Translations under genes and position numbers: made by a program
The notes under the pieces: model-generated
Databases searched by the model: none
Told to the model about the DNA's origin: nothing
Seen by the model: only the letters and a program-made list of their open reading frames with translations
In this document: positions 15,777 through 24,181 of the stretch, in pieces
Layout of the letters: every line of letters starts with the position of its first letter
How positions within the stretch are numbered: position 1 is the first letter of the stretch
DNA from: a virus
Lineage: Duplodnaviria > Caudoviricetes
DNA: 28,045 nt
Direction: 5' to 3' (one strand)
Virus record (IMG/VR): IMGVR_UViG_3300013132_000200
Location: 1-28,045 of that record

Positions 15777-15778
15777 AG

Positions 15779-15814
15779 CAAAAGGAAAAGAAAAGCCCCG
15801 TGTAATCCGGGGCT
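15779..15814 (-). terminator. rho-independent terminator
   Basis: AGCCCCG-7 nt-CGGGGCT followed on minus strand by TTTTCTTTTCCTTTT. Confidence 0.75.
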
Positions 15815-15836
15815 AATTAACAAAAGCCAGCAAAAA

Positions 15837-16400
15837 TCAAAGATCTAGTTCGCTGTCCTCATCCGTTTCGTCAAAGTCAAGGTCAAGCTCTTCAGAGGAG
15901 ACGTACTCGTCAGGATCAGCCGCAAAGATAGTGATTTTGCCTTTTTCGGCTTCAATGCGGACGCGGGAATCAAGCTCGGCGCCAAATGGGAAGCCGGCGA
16001 TCGTGGTGTAGCGGCCACCAACAACAATGTTACCAGTCTTGCCAATCTTGATGATCGGTTGACGATTGCTGCGACGATTGCTGCGAATCGGAGGAGCAAG
16101 GTTGGTGCCTTGAGCTGCCAGCAACGCTTGCATGTAAGCAAACGTATCAGAGGTAGCCACTCGAACTTCCACTTCACCAGTGGCAGTTGTGGTGAACTCT
16201 GAATAGTAGCCACAGGCATGGGCAACCTTGTCGATAGGCGCTCCCTCCATTTCGGAAGTGATTTTCAGCAGCATCTCGGGAGAGACGGGCGTTCCCTTCT
16301 TACTGGTTGTAGCAGGCGCTTTTTTCTCGGTAACTTCAGGCATTGGATCGGGGGTGACAGTGGGTTCAGCCGCTTCAGCGGTGTTCTTTCGGCGGGGCAA
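15837..16400 (-). CDS. cyanobacterial AbrB-like (cyAbrB) transcription regulator
   Basis: VAHACGYYS, YMQALLAAQG, IKIGKTGNIVVGGRYT parallel cyAbrB motifs (ACGY, FYEALLEAKG, VQGNGNLLIGKAYT); TTG start inferred. Confidence 0.75.
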   Translation of the reverse strand: MPRRKNTAEAAEPTVTPDPMPEVTEKKAPATTSKKGTPVSPEMLLKITSEMEGAPIDKVAHACGYYSEFTTTATGEVEVRVATSDTFAYMQALLAAQGTNLAPPIRSNRRSNRQPIIKIGKTGNIVVGGRYTTIAGFPFGAELDSRVRIEAEKGKITIFAADPDEYVSSEELDLDFDETDEDSELDL

Positions 16401-16426
16401 CGTGAAAACTCGTTGACGACTGGCCC

Positions 16427-16455
16427 ATCGTAGCTTGAAATCTCCAAATGCGCAA
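16427..16455 (-). promoter_or_regulatory. sigma70 promoter for cyAbrB gene
   Basis: TTGCGC-17 nt-TACGAT. Confidence 0.55.
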
Positions 16456-16474
16456 GCCAACCGGCTCACTTTTC

Positions 16475-16918
16475 TTAAAGAGGCCACCAGGGGCGTAAAT
16501 ACAGGAATGAAACCTGCTGGTCGGTTGGAGCTGACTGCCACCATTGGACCCCACCAGGAACACGAGAGCACTTGTCGTCTACTAGAACATTCGCTTTTAC
16601 AGCGGCGTCAAGCACGGCACCTTGCAAGTTGTCAACATCTGATCTGCCATGACCATGAAATTCAAAGCCAGCAAGAGCGTACTCAAGGGGCGGCGACCCA
16701 GCCCATTGCAGCGTCAGCGATGCCTGGGCGGCCTTGAGCCAGGCCCTGTACTTCGCTGAGGTAAACGACCTGCCCATACCCTGTCTGGGGCGTTCCTTGG
16801 GCTGTAGAGGGCCATCGAGACGAAGCGTGATCCAGTCATTCGTCCCATCCGGCCCCGGCTGCAGAAGAATCATCATCATGTTCTGGATTCCCTGACCCTG
16901 ATAGATTCTCACTTTCAC
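16475..16918 (-). CDS. rusA: RusA-like Holliday junction resolvase
   Basis: PKERPR, SDVDNLQGAVLDA, VLVDD motifs. Confidence 0.82.
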   Translation of the reverse strand: MKVRIYQGQGIQNMMMILLQPGPDGTNDWITLRLDGPLQPKERPRQGMGRSFTSAKYRAWLKAAQASLTLQWAGSPPLEYALAGFEFHGHGRSDVDNLQGAVLDAAVKANVLVDDKCSRVPGGVQWWQSAPTDQQVSFLYLRPWWPL

Positions 16919-17597
16919 AGCGACGAACGAGTTTTAATGCTAACAGCTTGGCCTTGCCATAGCCAAGCCTCGCGTACAAGCTATCTGAAAGCTGATCAAG
17001 CTGGAAATCCGTAGGGTTCTGATAGGTCTTGATAGGCTTCAGAATTGCCTGTTTTTCTTCAAAACCCTCTCCGTAGTAACAAGCTTGGACTGTCTTATAC
17101 TTTCTGTCCCAGCCAATATCGTTGAGAAGGCTGGGCTCTGTCTTGTAAATAAATCGCGCCCATCTGTAGGATAAAATTTTTGTTTTCTTGGGTAGCTTTT
17201 TATTATAGTAGATCATATACATTATGCGACGAAACTCGAAGTAATCCTGAGGAAACTGAAATTCAGGATCTTGCTCTCTGAGCCATTTAATAAATTGATG
17301 TGCGTATTTACTCTTTGACTTTTCCTTGAGAGAAGACTTTACAACATTTGCCGTGAATCCATTTAGATCTTTAATTCCTAACCCATAGTAAACGCTTTGG
17401 AGAAAGTCTTTAATACCCTTTAACTCAATTTCTTTGTTCTTTAGAGTTGTATATTTAAGATACACTTTTGCTTCGGCAATCTGAAGCATTGCCATAAAAA
17501 AAGGCTCCGAATCTTGGCCCGCCATGACGGTGCCAAGATGAAGCCTTGCCTGTTCAATTAGCATCGCCCCGTAATGGGGATCGCTTTTATTTAACAT
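16836..17597 (-). CDS. hypothetical protein (253 aa, basic, AT-rich)
   Basis: long ORF in replication operon. Confidence 0.7.
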   Translation of the reverse strand: MLNKSDPHYGAMLIEQARLHLGTVMAGQDSEPFFMAMLQIAEAKVYLKYTTLKNKEIELKGIKDFLQSVYYGLGIKDLNGFTANVVKSSLKEKSKSKYAHQFIKWLREQDPEFQFPQDYFEFRRIMYMIYYNKKLPKKTKILSYRWARFIYKTEPSLLNDIGWDRKYKTVQACYYGEGFEEKQAILKPIKTYQNPTDFQLDQLSDSLYARLGYGKAKLLALKLVRRCESENLSGSGNPEHDDDSSAAGAGWDE

Positions 17598-17608
17598 TGC
17601 TAGGGGAC

Positions 17609-17797
17609 TTACTGGCGATCACCCTTGATGATGCCACAGCGAGCATGGATACTCAGGAACCACATCATCTCAATCAAGACTCCAGACTCTAAGCGCTTCT
17701 GGCCAGAACGAAGCTGGAAATTACCGCACGGCCCGAGCAGTAATCCTGTCAGCGCTAAGGAGAGGGTGACATTGGCTGCTATGTAAGCCGATGCCAT
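17609..17797 (-). CDS. hypothetical protein (doubtful)
   Basis: 62-aa ORF filling the gap between ssb and next gene. Confidence 0.3.
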   Translation of the reverse strand: MASAYIAANVTLSLALTGLLLGPCGNFQLRSGQKRLESGVLIEMMWFLSIHARCGIIKGDRQ

Positions 17798-17808
17798 GCC
17801 CCTGTTTG

Positions 17809-18231
17809 CTAGAAGGGCAGCTCTTCCTCTTCTACTGGGGCTGCTGGGCGGGACTTGGCGGCTGGTTTGCGAGCCCCACTATTAGGGCTGCCACCGCCGG
17901 AAGCGTTCCCAAAGGCAGCTCCTTCTTTTTTGGAGCCCAAAAAAGTGAAACTTTGGCACCTCAAAACCATTTTGCTTTTCTGTTCGCCATCCTTTTCCCA
18001 TGTTTCCTGCTGAAGCTCTCCACTAACAATTAGCTGAGAACCTTTGCGAACATAGTCAGCAATGGTCTGTGCTGGCTTGCCCCACACCTTGACGGACACC
18101 CACATGGTTTCACCTTTGTAGTCTTCAACAGCAATGCTGAAATTAGCAACAGTTTTGCCATCGTCAAAATAACGAAGCTCAGGATCTCTCCCAACATTGC
18201 CGCTGAAGGTGCAGTTATTAAAAGATGCCAT
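17809..18231 (-). CDS. ssb: single-stranded DNA-binding protein
   Basis: GNVGRDPELRY, NFSIAV, WGK.A..IADYVRKGSQ..VSGEL, acidic tail EEEELPF. Confidence 0.95.
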   Translation of the reverse strand: MASFNNCTFSGNVGRDPELRYFDDGKTVANFSIAVEDYKGETMWVSVKVWGKPAQTIADYVRKGSQLIVSGELQQETWEKDGEQKSKMVLRCQSFTFLGSKKEGAAFGNASGGGSPNSGARKPAAKSRPAAPVEEEELPF

Positions 18232-18257
18232 TTGTTGTAAAGAAGTTGTGGTTGAGA

Positions 18258-18656
18258 TTAGAACTCTGGTCCATCATCGTCTGCAAAGTCAAGAATGTCA
18301 AGCCTTTCCTCAAGATTGGCAGTCGGAAGGCTGGGGCGGAATCGCGCTTCACCAGCCATTTTTGGCGGAAGGGTGTAACAAGCATCCTTCAGGTAAATTT
18401 GACAGTATTTGCCGCCACCAGCTTCCTTCCGCCTTTCACTAATTGAAGTCACACAGCCAAACATTGTTATATAATCGCCATTGTTAATGTATTCTTCAAT
18501 TGGCCTAATTTTTCTGCCATAAAATCTTGAAGATACATAATGAACCTCCTTGCCAGCAGTAGCAACGCGGAGGGTTATTTCGGTGTACCTCCCATAATTA
18601 CCTTCCTTGATGGACGGCTGTTCCGTAACGTAACCGTCAAAACTCGCTGAAATCAT
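18258..18656 (-). CDS. divergent SSB-like OB-fold protein
   Basis: DGYVTEQP, ITLRV, RFYGR...IEEYINNGDYITMFG align to SSB strands; acidic tail DDDGPEF. Confidence 0.65.
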   Translation of the reverse strand: MISASFDGYVTEQPSIKEGNYGRYTEITLRVATAGKEVHYVSSRFYGRKIRPIEEYINNGDYITMFGCVTSISERRKEAGGGKYCQIYLKDACYTLPPKMAGEARFRPSLPTANLEERLDILDFADDDGPEF

Positions 18657-19437
18657 TGAGTGACTCGCTTTGATTTAATTTTGCCAATGGCCTGGGGAAG
18701 ACGGAGTTTTCAAGTTCTTTGTAAACACCAAACCTTTCGATAAACTCGTTAACGCCTTCTCTGATCTCCTCGATTGACATTAAGTGCAAAAATGGTTCGC
18801 ACCAGTCATAGCAGATACAAATCGCAGCCTGCTCAATAGGCGGAAAATCATCACCAGCAAGTTCAATGTTGTGGCCAAGGACGTAAGAAGCAAGCTGCAC
18901 CTTTGCCTCTGAATAGCGACTGATCGGACGAGGTTTTTTCTGAACGCCTTTCTCAAGGCAGGACCTTGCGCTTTTCCAATCAAAAACCGTGTATTTTCCC
19001 TCAAACCAACATCGATTATCTGGAGTGCCAGCAAATCCATGGCGACAATAAATAGGCTGTTCAACTATGAAACTGCTTTGCTCAAGGCCAGGCCATAAAG
19101 AGTCTGGTCCATTTTGCGTTTTGATTTCTTCAAGAAGAGGCATGAGATAATTGAGATAGCCAGGAATGTTATGCGACATCAATTCTTCAACTGAAGGCGC
19201 TTCAGCTGAATGAACATACTGATCTCCAAGCAAGCACATCTCAATTTCAGCGTGAATTAGAGTTCCACGCTTTTGCCCTCTTGCAAGGATTTCTGGCGCA
19301 TCTGGCTCATTATTCTGCCACCAAGTCAGACTCTTGTGTTTGTCTGGATGAAAAAGTGGCATTGTCTCGCCAAGGATTGTCGAAATCCTGGCGTATTCAA
19401 GTCCATCTTTTTCGTAAAAATAATGTTCGCCTGGCAT
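18637..19437 (-). CDS. PD-(D/E)XK nuclease (phage recombination exonuclease)
   Basis: RISTIL, RGTLIH, E.P....GFAGTPD, FDWKS, QLASY. Confidence 0.85.
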   Translation of the reverse strand: MPGEHYFYEKDGLEYARISTILGETMPLFHPDKHKSLTWWQNNEPDAPEILARGQKRGTLIHAEIEMCLLGDQYVHSAEAPSVEELMSHNIPGYLNYLMPLLEEIKTQNGPDSLWPGLEQSSFIVEQPIYCRHGFAGTPDNRCWFEGKYTVFDWKSARSCLEKGVQKKPRPISRYSEAKVQLASYVLGHNIELAGDDFPPIEQAAICICYDWCEPFLHLMSIEEIREGVNEFIERFGVYKELENSVFPRPLAKLNQSESLNDFSEF

Positions 19438-20207
19438 TAGCCTATTGCCTCGCTAGCCGCTTTTTGCAAGTCTGCGGTTGATTGCGCTATCTCCTTTGTG
19501 ACAATTTGAATTACTTGATGGCCTTTGGTATTTTGCCCAAGATTAAGCTTTTCTGCATATTCGGGAGTCAGCTTTTCAAGAAGCTTTGGCCGCAGGGAAT
19601 CCTTTACATCTTCAAATTCAGTGATCTGAAGAATTGCTTTAAGCGTTTTGATGCCATCGGAGTTGATTCCGACTTGTTCCATTTTAGCTAACAAAGTATC
19701 GGCGAACTTTTGAGCCACCTTCTCAGATTGAGAAACTTGCTCAAGATTGAGAGGCTTGTCTTCTACGTTACGTTGTTCTTTGTCATACAAAGCAAGGCCG
19801 AACTGGTTGCCGAAGGTCATCAGAGCCCGCTTCATTGCATCAGTTGCGGCCTCCTTGACTGCAGATTCATGCGCTTGGCCAAGATCAACGTCAATGCCAT
19901 GGCCGGCGCCAACACCTTCCCTTTTGATTCCGTTTACATTTACTCGGATGCTGGCGACATAAGAGACCCCCCAGCCAGCCTTTTGATCCCGACCAATCTT
20001 GCGTTCCCGCTCAGAGACACACTTTAGTTCAATGATTTCTTGATCCCAAGAACCAAAGCCAAAGATACGATTAGCCTCGCTAATTGCGTACCAGCCTTCG
20101 ATATAGGAAAGATTTCTGCCGCTCTGGCTTCTGGTTCTTACGGCTTGGCTAGAAAGAGGTTCTTGCAGCTCCTGGAGCTGCTTGTCGCTAAAAGCTGTTG
20201 GGTTCAT
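19437..20207 (-). CDS. sak: Rad52/Sak-family single-strand annealing protein
   Basis: LSYIEGW..ISEANRIFGFGSW, REGVGAG, AVKEAATDAMKRALMTFGNQFGLALYDK. Confidence 0.92.
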   Translation of the reverse strand: MNPTAFSDKQLQELQEPLSSQAVRTRSQSGRNLSYIEGWYAISEANRIFGFGSWDQEIIELKCVSERERKIGRDQKAGWGVSYVASIRVNVNGIKREGVGAGHGIDVDLGQAHESAVKEAATDAMKRALMTFGNQFGLALYDKEQRNVEDKPLNLEQVSQSEKVAQKFADTLLAKMEQVGINSDGIKTLKAILQITEFEDVKDSLRPKLLEKLTPEYAEKLNLGQNTKGHQVIQIVTKEIAQSTADLQKAASEAIG

Positions 20208-20245
20208 AGTTGCGGAGCGCTGCTCCGAATTGGTTGACGACCGCC

Positions 20246-20274
20246 AGTCTATCATGCTGTTGACCTTGCAGCAA
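20246..20274 (-). promoter_or_regulatory. sigma70 promoter for recombination operon
   Basis: TTGCTG-17 nt-TG-extended TAGACT. Confidence 0.6.
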
Positions 20275-20279
20275 GCCTT

Positions 20280-20594
20280 GTGAGCACGAAAGGGGCCACC
20301 AACTTAAACAGAATCTTACGGATTACCGCAAAGCTTCTGTTTGAAAAGGGGGAAGACGCTCCATCAGTGGCGAACCTTCTCCAAGGCTTCGTCAACCCTG
20401 GCATGGTCCGGGACTGGTACGAACGGTATTGCGAAGTCAATGGCCTTCCTGGCTCAGTCAACAGCAAAAAAACGCACCGCCGAATGCCGATGCCGCCAAT
20501 TGATTTCCAAGCGATCGAGATACAAAAATTAGAAGAATTGCTTGAAGTTCCACCAGGGATGGACTTTGGCGACACGCCAGAGCCGGAGTGGTGA
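20280..20594 (+). CDS. hypothetical protein
   Basis: GTG-start ORF divergent from sak. Confidence 0.6.
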   Translation: MSTKGATNLNRILRITAKLLFEKGEDAPSVANLLQGFVNPGMVRDWYERYCEVNGLPGSVNSKKTHRRMPMPPIDFQAIEIQKLEELLEVPPGMDFGDTPEPEW

Positions 20595-20672
20595 GGAAGC
20601 GCTAGGCTTTCAAAGCTGGACCGAAGGCAAGAGCCCGGGCCCAGCAGCAAAACCCCTTCAGAAGATTGGATT

Positions 20673-20834
20673 ATGGACGGCGTGCCAAAAATGCCAGCGG
20701 ATGTTGTTGCGTTGCTCAAGGATATGGCGAAGATTCGTCATACAATTCTCGAAAATGCACCGCAATGCCTACCGCTTCTTGCCCCGGCCTTTGTTGATGC
20801 CGAACAACGGATCTACGCTATCTTGAGCCACTGA
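20673..20834 (+). CDS. small hypothetical protein (53 aa)
   Basis: hand-translated MDGVPKMPADVVALLKDM...; overlaps convergent gene by 66 bp. Confidence 0.4.
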   Translation: MDGVPKMPADVVALLKDMAKIRHTILENAPQCLPLLAPAFVDAEQRIYAILSH

Positions 20835-21032
20835 TTCTTTGGCAGCAGTTTTGGCTCGATTCCTGACTCTGACGCTCTGCTTCTCTTTGTTGATCTGCTG
20901 CATTTTTTCTTTGAGTCGATCGGCTTCGTAATCAGGCTGCCGATTCCTCATTTTTTGAAGAGTTTCTTGGTAGCCAGGACTTTCAAGTTCTGGAAACTTT
21001 TCAAAAATACTGGTCCAGTTAGGCTGCGGCAT
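20769..21032 (-). CDS. hypothetical protein
   Basis: TAATG-coupled to dnaB; IFE..PELESPGY pattern. Confidence 0.65.
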   Translation of the reverse strand: MPQPNWTSIFEKFPELESPGYQETLQKMRNRQPDYEADRLKEKMQQINKEKQSVRVRNRAKTAAKESVAQDSVDPLFGINKGRGKKR

Positions 21033-22465
21033 TACAAGGGATACTTTTCAAAAATAACAGAACTTTTAAGGTCAATGCAACATTGGAGTGTGCCGCACAT
21101 TCCATGTCTATTTTTGGCAACAGAAATGGCTATCTCATATTCATCTTTTTCCTGGTCATAGTAATTAGGCCTAAGCAGGAACATTACAATATCAGCGTCC
21201 TCTTCGATCCTACCAGAAGCGCGAAGGTCTGCCATGTTGGGCATCTTATCGCTTCTGTTTTCCACTCCTCTATTGACTTGGCTTAGCAGAAAAATATCTA
21301 TGCCGATGTTTGTGGCAAGTTTTTTCAAAGCTCTCGTAACATTACCTATATTAGAAGCCTCCGTATTCTGAGCATCGCCAGAACAGCCTTCTACAAGTTG
21401 CAAGTAATCAATGAAAACAGCGGAAAGATTTTTCCTGGTTTTTGCAAGAAGCCTGATCTTAGCGGAAATTGTGTCGATAGCTTCAGATGTATCAAAAATA
21501 TGCAATCTTTTTACTAACTGAGAATCAGAATAGCTTTCAAGCCTTGCCCTCTGAGCAGATGTATAAGTTCTGAGCCTAAGGTTGTTAGAGCGAATGGGAT
21601 CGACAAGTTGTTTCTGATAGCTCAAATTCATATAATCAAGACATGCAATGGATTTATATTGCACTTGCTTTTTCGACATCTCTAAACTAAAAAAAGCAGC
21701 ATCGCAGTAAGTGTCGGCCAGCACGGTTGCAAGGTGAATTGCAAATGTACTTTTTCCCATCCCAGGCCTTGCAGCTATCACCACCAACCGACCTGAATAT
21801 GGTGAATTCCTTTTTGCAACACCACCTTGTATCGCTCCATCAAGTACATTGATACCAGTGGGAATTGCAATATCTCCGGGCAGTGGCGAAAGTGCCTCAT
21901 TGAGAGATGACTGCCAATCGTCGTCCCTTTTATCAAAAGTTGAAGCGTTAAACCATATCTCTTGCTGACTTTCTATTAAAGAAGGAATATCTTCTTCAAA
22001 GACTTTTTGATCTGGAACGCCAGCAAGGATGGTAATTATTTTCTCTGCATTGATCTTAAGGCTTGCTCTTGCAAGCTTAACCCTCCAGAGAGGTATAACA
22101 GAATAGAAAGATTCAATGCTAAAAAACATCGAAGGAGACTTTGCGACTTCTTCAACATGTTCACTTTCATCTTGATAGCCCATTGACAGAAGCAATTTTT
22201 CTGCCATCACAGAAATGCTTCCAGGTACTATTAAAGATGACTTGACCGAATCAAGTGCAATTTTCTTTATTATATGAAAAAGCGCTTTCTTGTGTGTTTC
22301 GGCAAACCATTCTTGATCTACTTGAGTTACAAGTTCACATAGCCCTGCTGGAGATCCTTGTTCATTTTCAAGATAAAAAATACAAGACGAAAGAAATGAG
22401 TCTTCTATCTCATTAGTATCCCAAGTATTCATCTGGGATACGATTGCAGAAATCTCTTCGCTCAT
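21032..22465 (-). CDS. dnaB: replicative DNA helicase DnaB-like
   Basis: AARPGMGKS, FFSLEMS, VFIDYLQL, LSQVNR, DLRASGRIEEDAD, KNRHG. Confidence 0.95.
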   Translation of the reverse strand: MSEEISAIVSQMNTWDTNEIEDSFLSSCIFYLENEQGSPAGLCELVTQVDQEWFAETHKKALFHIIKKIALDSVKSSLIVPGSISVMAEKLLLSMGYQDESEHVEEVAKSPSMFFSIESFYSVIPLWRVKLARASLKINAEKIITILAGVPDQKVFEEDIPSLIESQQEIWFNASTFDKRDDDWQSSLNEALSPLPGDIAIPTGINVLDGAIQGGVAKRNSPYSGRLVVIAARPGMGKSTFAIHLATVLADTYCDAAFFSLEMSKKQVQYKSIACLDYMNLSYQKQLVDPIRSNNLRLRTYTSAQRARLESYSDSQLVKRLHIFDTSEAIDTISAKIRLLAKTRKNLSAVFIDYLQLVEGCSGDAQNTEASNIGNVTRALKKLATNIGIDIFLLSQVNRGVENRSDKMPNMADLRASGRIEEDADIVMFLLRPNYYDQEKDEYEIAISVAKNRHGMCGTLQCCIDLKSSVIFEKYPL

Positions 22466-23293
22466 TTAATTCAAAGTGTAGATGATAGGCGACATTACTG
22501 GTCTGCCTTGATTTAATGTTTTAGTTGCTATGCCGTTTTCTTTTGCAAGTTTCTCAATAGTATCCTTGTGTCCAGCAAACCCAAGTGATTGCCAATTTCT
22601 TTCGGAAACATATTCGCAATAAAATTCAAGAACTCCAGCATCCCTTGCATACTCAAGAGCACGCATGGTTGAACTTGTAAGCTCTGGCTTGAGTTTGTAT
22701 TTTTTTTGTCTTCTATCAAGCCATTGCAACAGATGCTCACGATAAGGATTCAGCCACTCAGGCAGTTCTACCCCTGCTGGAGGCTGTTTTGGCTGCTGGG
22801 GGGATATAGGGGGGTTTTTATTGTTCATTGGTTCTTGTTCAATGGTTCTTGTTCGTGTGTCACCCTGACAGGGGGCCCCTTCCTGTGTGACATGGGGGGC
22901 TTGTCCGATTGACAGGGGGTAGTGTCCCCCTGACACGGGGGGTGGAGTGGGGCGAGCCTCGTTGCCAACCGGAAGACCGTCCCAAATCATTAAGCGATAT
23001 AAATTTGTTTTTTGGCCAAGTTCATCATATCTCGGAATTTTTTCTATGAGATTTTTCTCGACAAGCCCTGCAATCGACCTGATGACAGAACTTTTACTGA
23101 TTCCGGCGCAAGCCGCAATAGTGCTTTGACTAGGGAAAACGTCATCGCCCTGTCCAGCTCCACTAGCAAAATGCTGGAGAATGAGCAAAACACAAAGTTC
23201 GTGACAAGACAACCAACCAAGCCGTCGCTTTTGTTTTTCAATAATCCAATTTGGTAAAGCAGTAAAAGTCTGCTGAGCCTTAATACGCGCCAT
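22466..23293 (-). CDS. phage replication initiator (N-terminal winged HTH)
   Basis: FTALPNW, FPSQSTIAACAGISKSSVIRSI..L.EK.LI, N.Y; immediately upstream of dnaB; contains iterons. Confidence 0.85.
   Translation of the reverse strand: MARIKAQQTFTALPNWIIEKQKRRLGWLSCHELCVLLILQHFASGAGQGDDVFPSQSTIAACAGISKSSVIRSIAGLVEKNLIEKIPRYDELGQKTNLYRLMIWDGLPVGNEARPTPPPVSGGHYPLSIGQAPHVTQEGAPCQGDTRTRTIEQEPMNNKNPPISPQQPKQPPAGVELPEWLNPYREHLLQWLDRRQKKYKLKPELTSSTMRALEYARDAGVLEFYCEYVSERNWQSLGFAGHKDTIEKLAKENGIATKTLNQGRPVMSPIIYTLN
22815..22942. repeat. iteron array plus AT-rich repeats (putative replication origin)
   Basis: TGACA-(N)-GGGGG at 22866, 22888, 22910, 22931 (spacing 22/22/21); adjacent TTGTTCAWTGGTTC tandem repeats 22821-22854. 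Confidence 0.75.
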
Positions 23294-23312
23294 TTGCTTT
23301 ACTGCTGGCAAA

Positions 23313-23483
23313 TCAGTTTTCTTGCGTATTTGAAATTTCAGCCAAATGCTTTTCAAGCCAAGCTTCAAGCGCAATTGTCACTTCACCGGAAATGCTCCGA
23401 TGGTGAGCAGCGGCCAATATACGCAGCTTTTGTCGCGTTTTTTCTTCAATTCCAACTACAAGACGGGGAAGCGGGGTTGGCAT
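23313..23483 (-). CDS. Arc-like ribbon-helix-helix repressor
   Basis: RLVVGIEEKTRQKLRILAAAHHRSISGEVTIALE matches the Arc/Mnt pattern. Confidence 0.75.
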   Translation of the reverse strand: MPTPLPRLVVGIEEKTRQKLRILAAAHHRSISGEVTIALEAWLEKHLAEISNTQEN

Positions 23484-23734
23484 AAAATCTGTGGTGAACG
23501 CACCAATGGTAGCATGGGGGAGCCAGGGGGGAGGCACTCGGGTGCAATTAAGGGCAAAGCGTTGAGATGCCTCGTCAACCCGCCTGCTGGAGCCTCCGCC
23601 TTGCTGGCCAAGGAATGAGTGCCTAATGCTGCCTCAGGCCTCTTCCTGGCCCTGCTGGAGGGGTCTGGTGAAGCGCCAGTAGTGGGGATTCTTCGCCTGT
23701 GGCAGGTGCCAGGCAGAAGGTCTCTTGCATTTTA

Positions 23735-23763
23735 TTGACAGCTCGGCATATAAACTGTAGAAT
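23735..23763 (+). promoter_or_regulatory. strong sigma70 promoter
   Basis: TTGACA-17 nt-TAGAAT. Confidence 0.75.
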
Positions 23764-23789
23764 CTTGAAGCTTTCTATTCACCAAGCGA

Positions 23790-24023
23790 ATGTCAGCATT
23801 CAACAAAAGCACTGAACTGAGAATTGGAGACAGCGTTTACGCTAGATTTTTTGGCGAAGATCTGCTTATAATCGAAGACATTGCTCAGGTTGCGTCAAGG
23901 TTTCCCCATTACTTGTGCTATCTCAGGGGAGAGAAATATTTGATTCCTAAAATTCACCTTTCTACTAGATCTCTGCTTGTTGACACTGGAGCCGGGAATC
24001 GTCGCCAGCTAGAGCTTCTGTAG
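23790..24023 (+). CDS. hypothetical protein (small beta-rich, SH3/KOW-like?)
   Basis: ORF after promoter; LRIGDSVY start pattern. Confidence 0.65.
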   Translation: MSAFNKSTELRIGDSVYARFFGEDLLIIEDIAQVASRFPHYLCYLRGEKYLIPKIHLSTRSLLVDTGAGNRRQLELL

Positions 24024-24050
24024 AGCTTCGCTGCTCAGCTGCGTCACACC

Positions 24051-24079
24051 TTGACCGGGAGTCGCTGCCGCTGTAGGGT
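24051..24079 (+). promoter_or_regulatory. possible promoter for sigma gene
   Basis: TTGACC-17 nt-TAGGGT. Confidence 0.45.
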
Positions 24080-24181
24080 TTTTGCGTGCCTAGCGCAAAT
24101 CCGCAGATCCTGAAGCTGCGTCTTTAGACTAAGCAAACTTAAGCTAAAGCCAGCAAAACAGGATGCAAGCACTGCGCGACC

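Noticed and set aside
20592-20672. Possible TGA read-through joining 20280-20594 to the in-frame ORF at 20673
   Set aside because: An 81-nt open spacer is unremarkable, and no read-through context or SECIS-like structure is evident.
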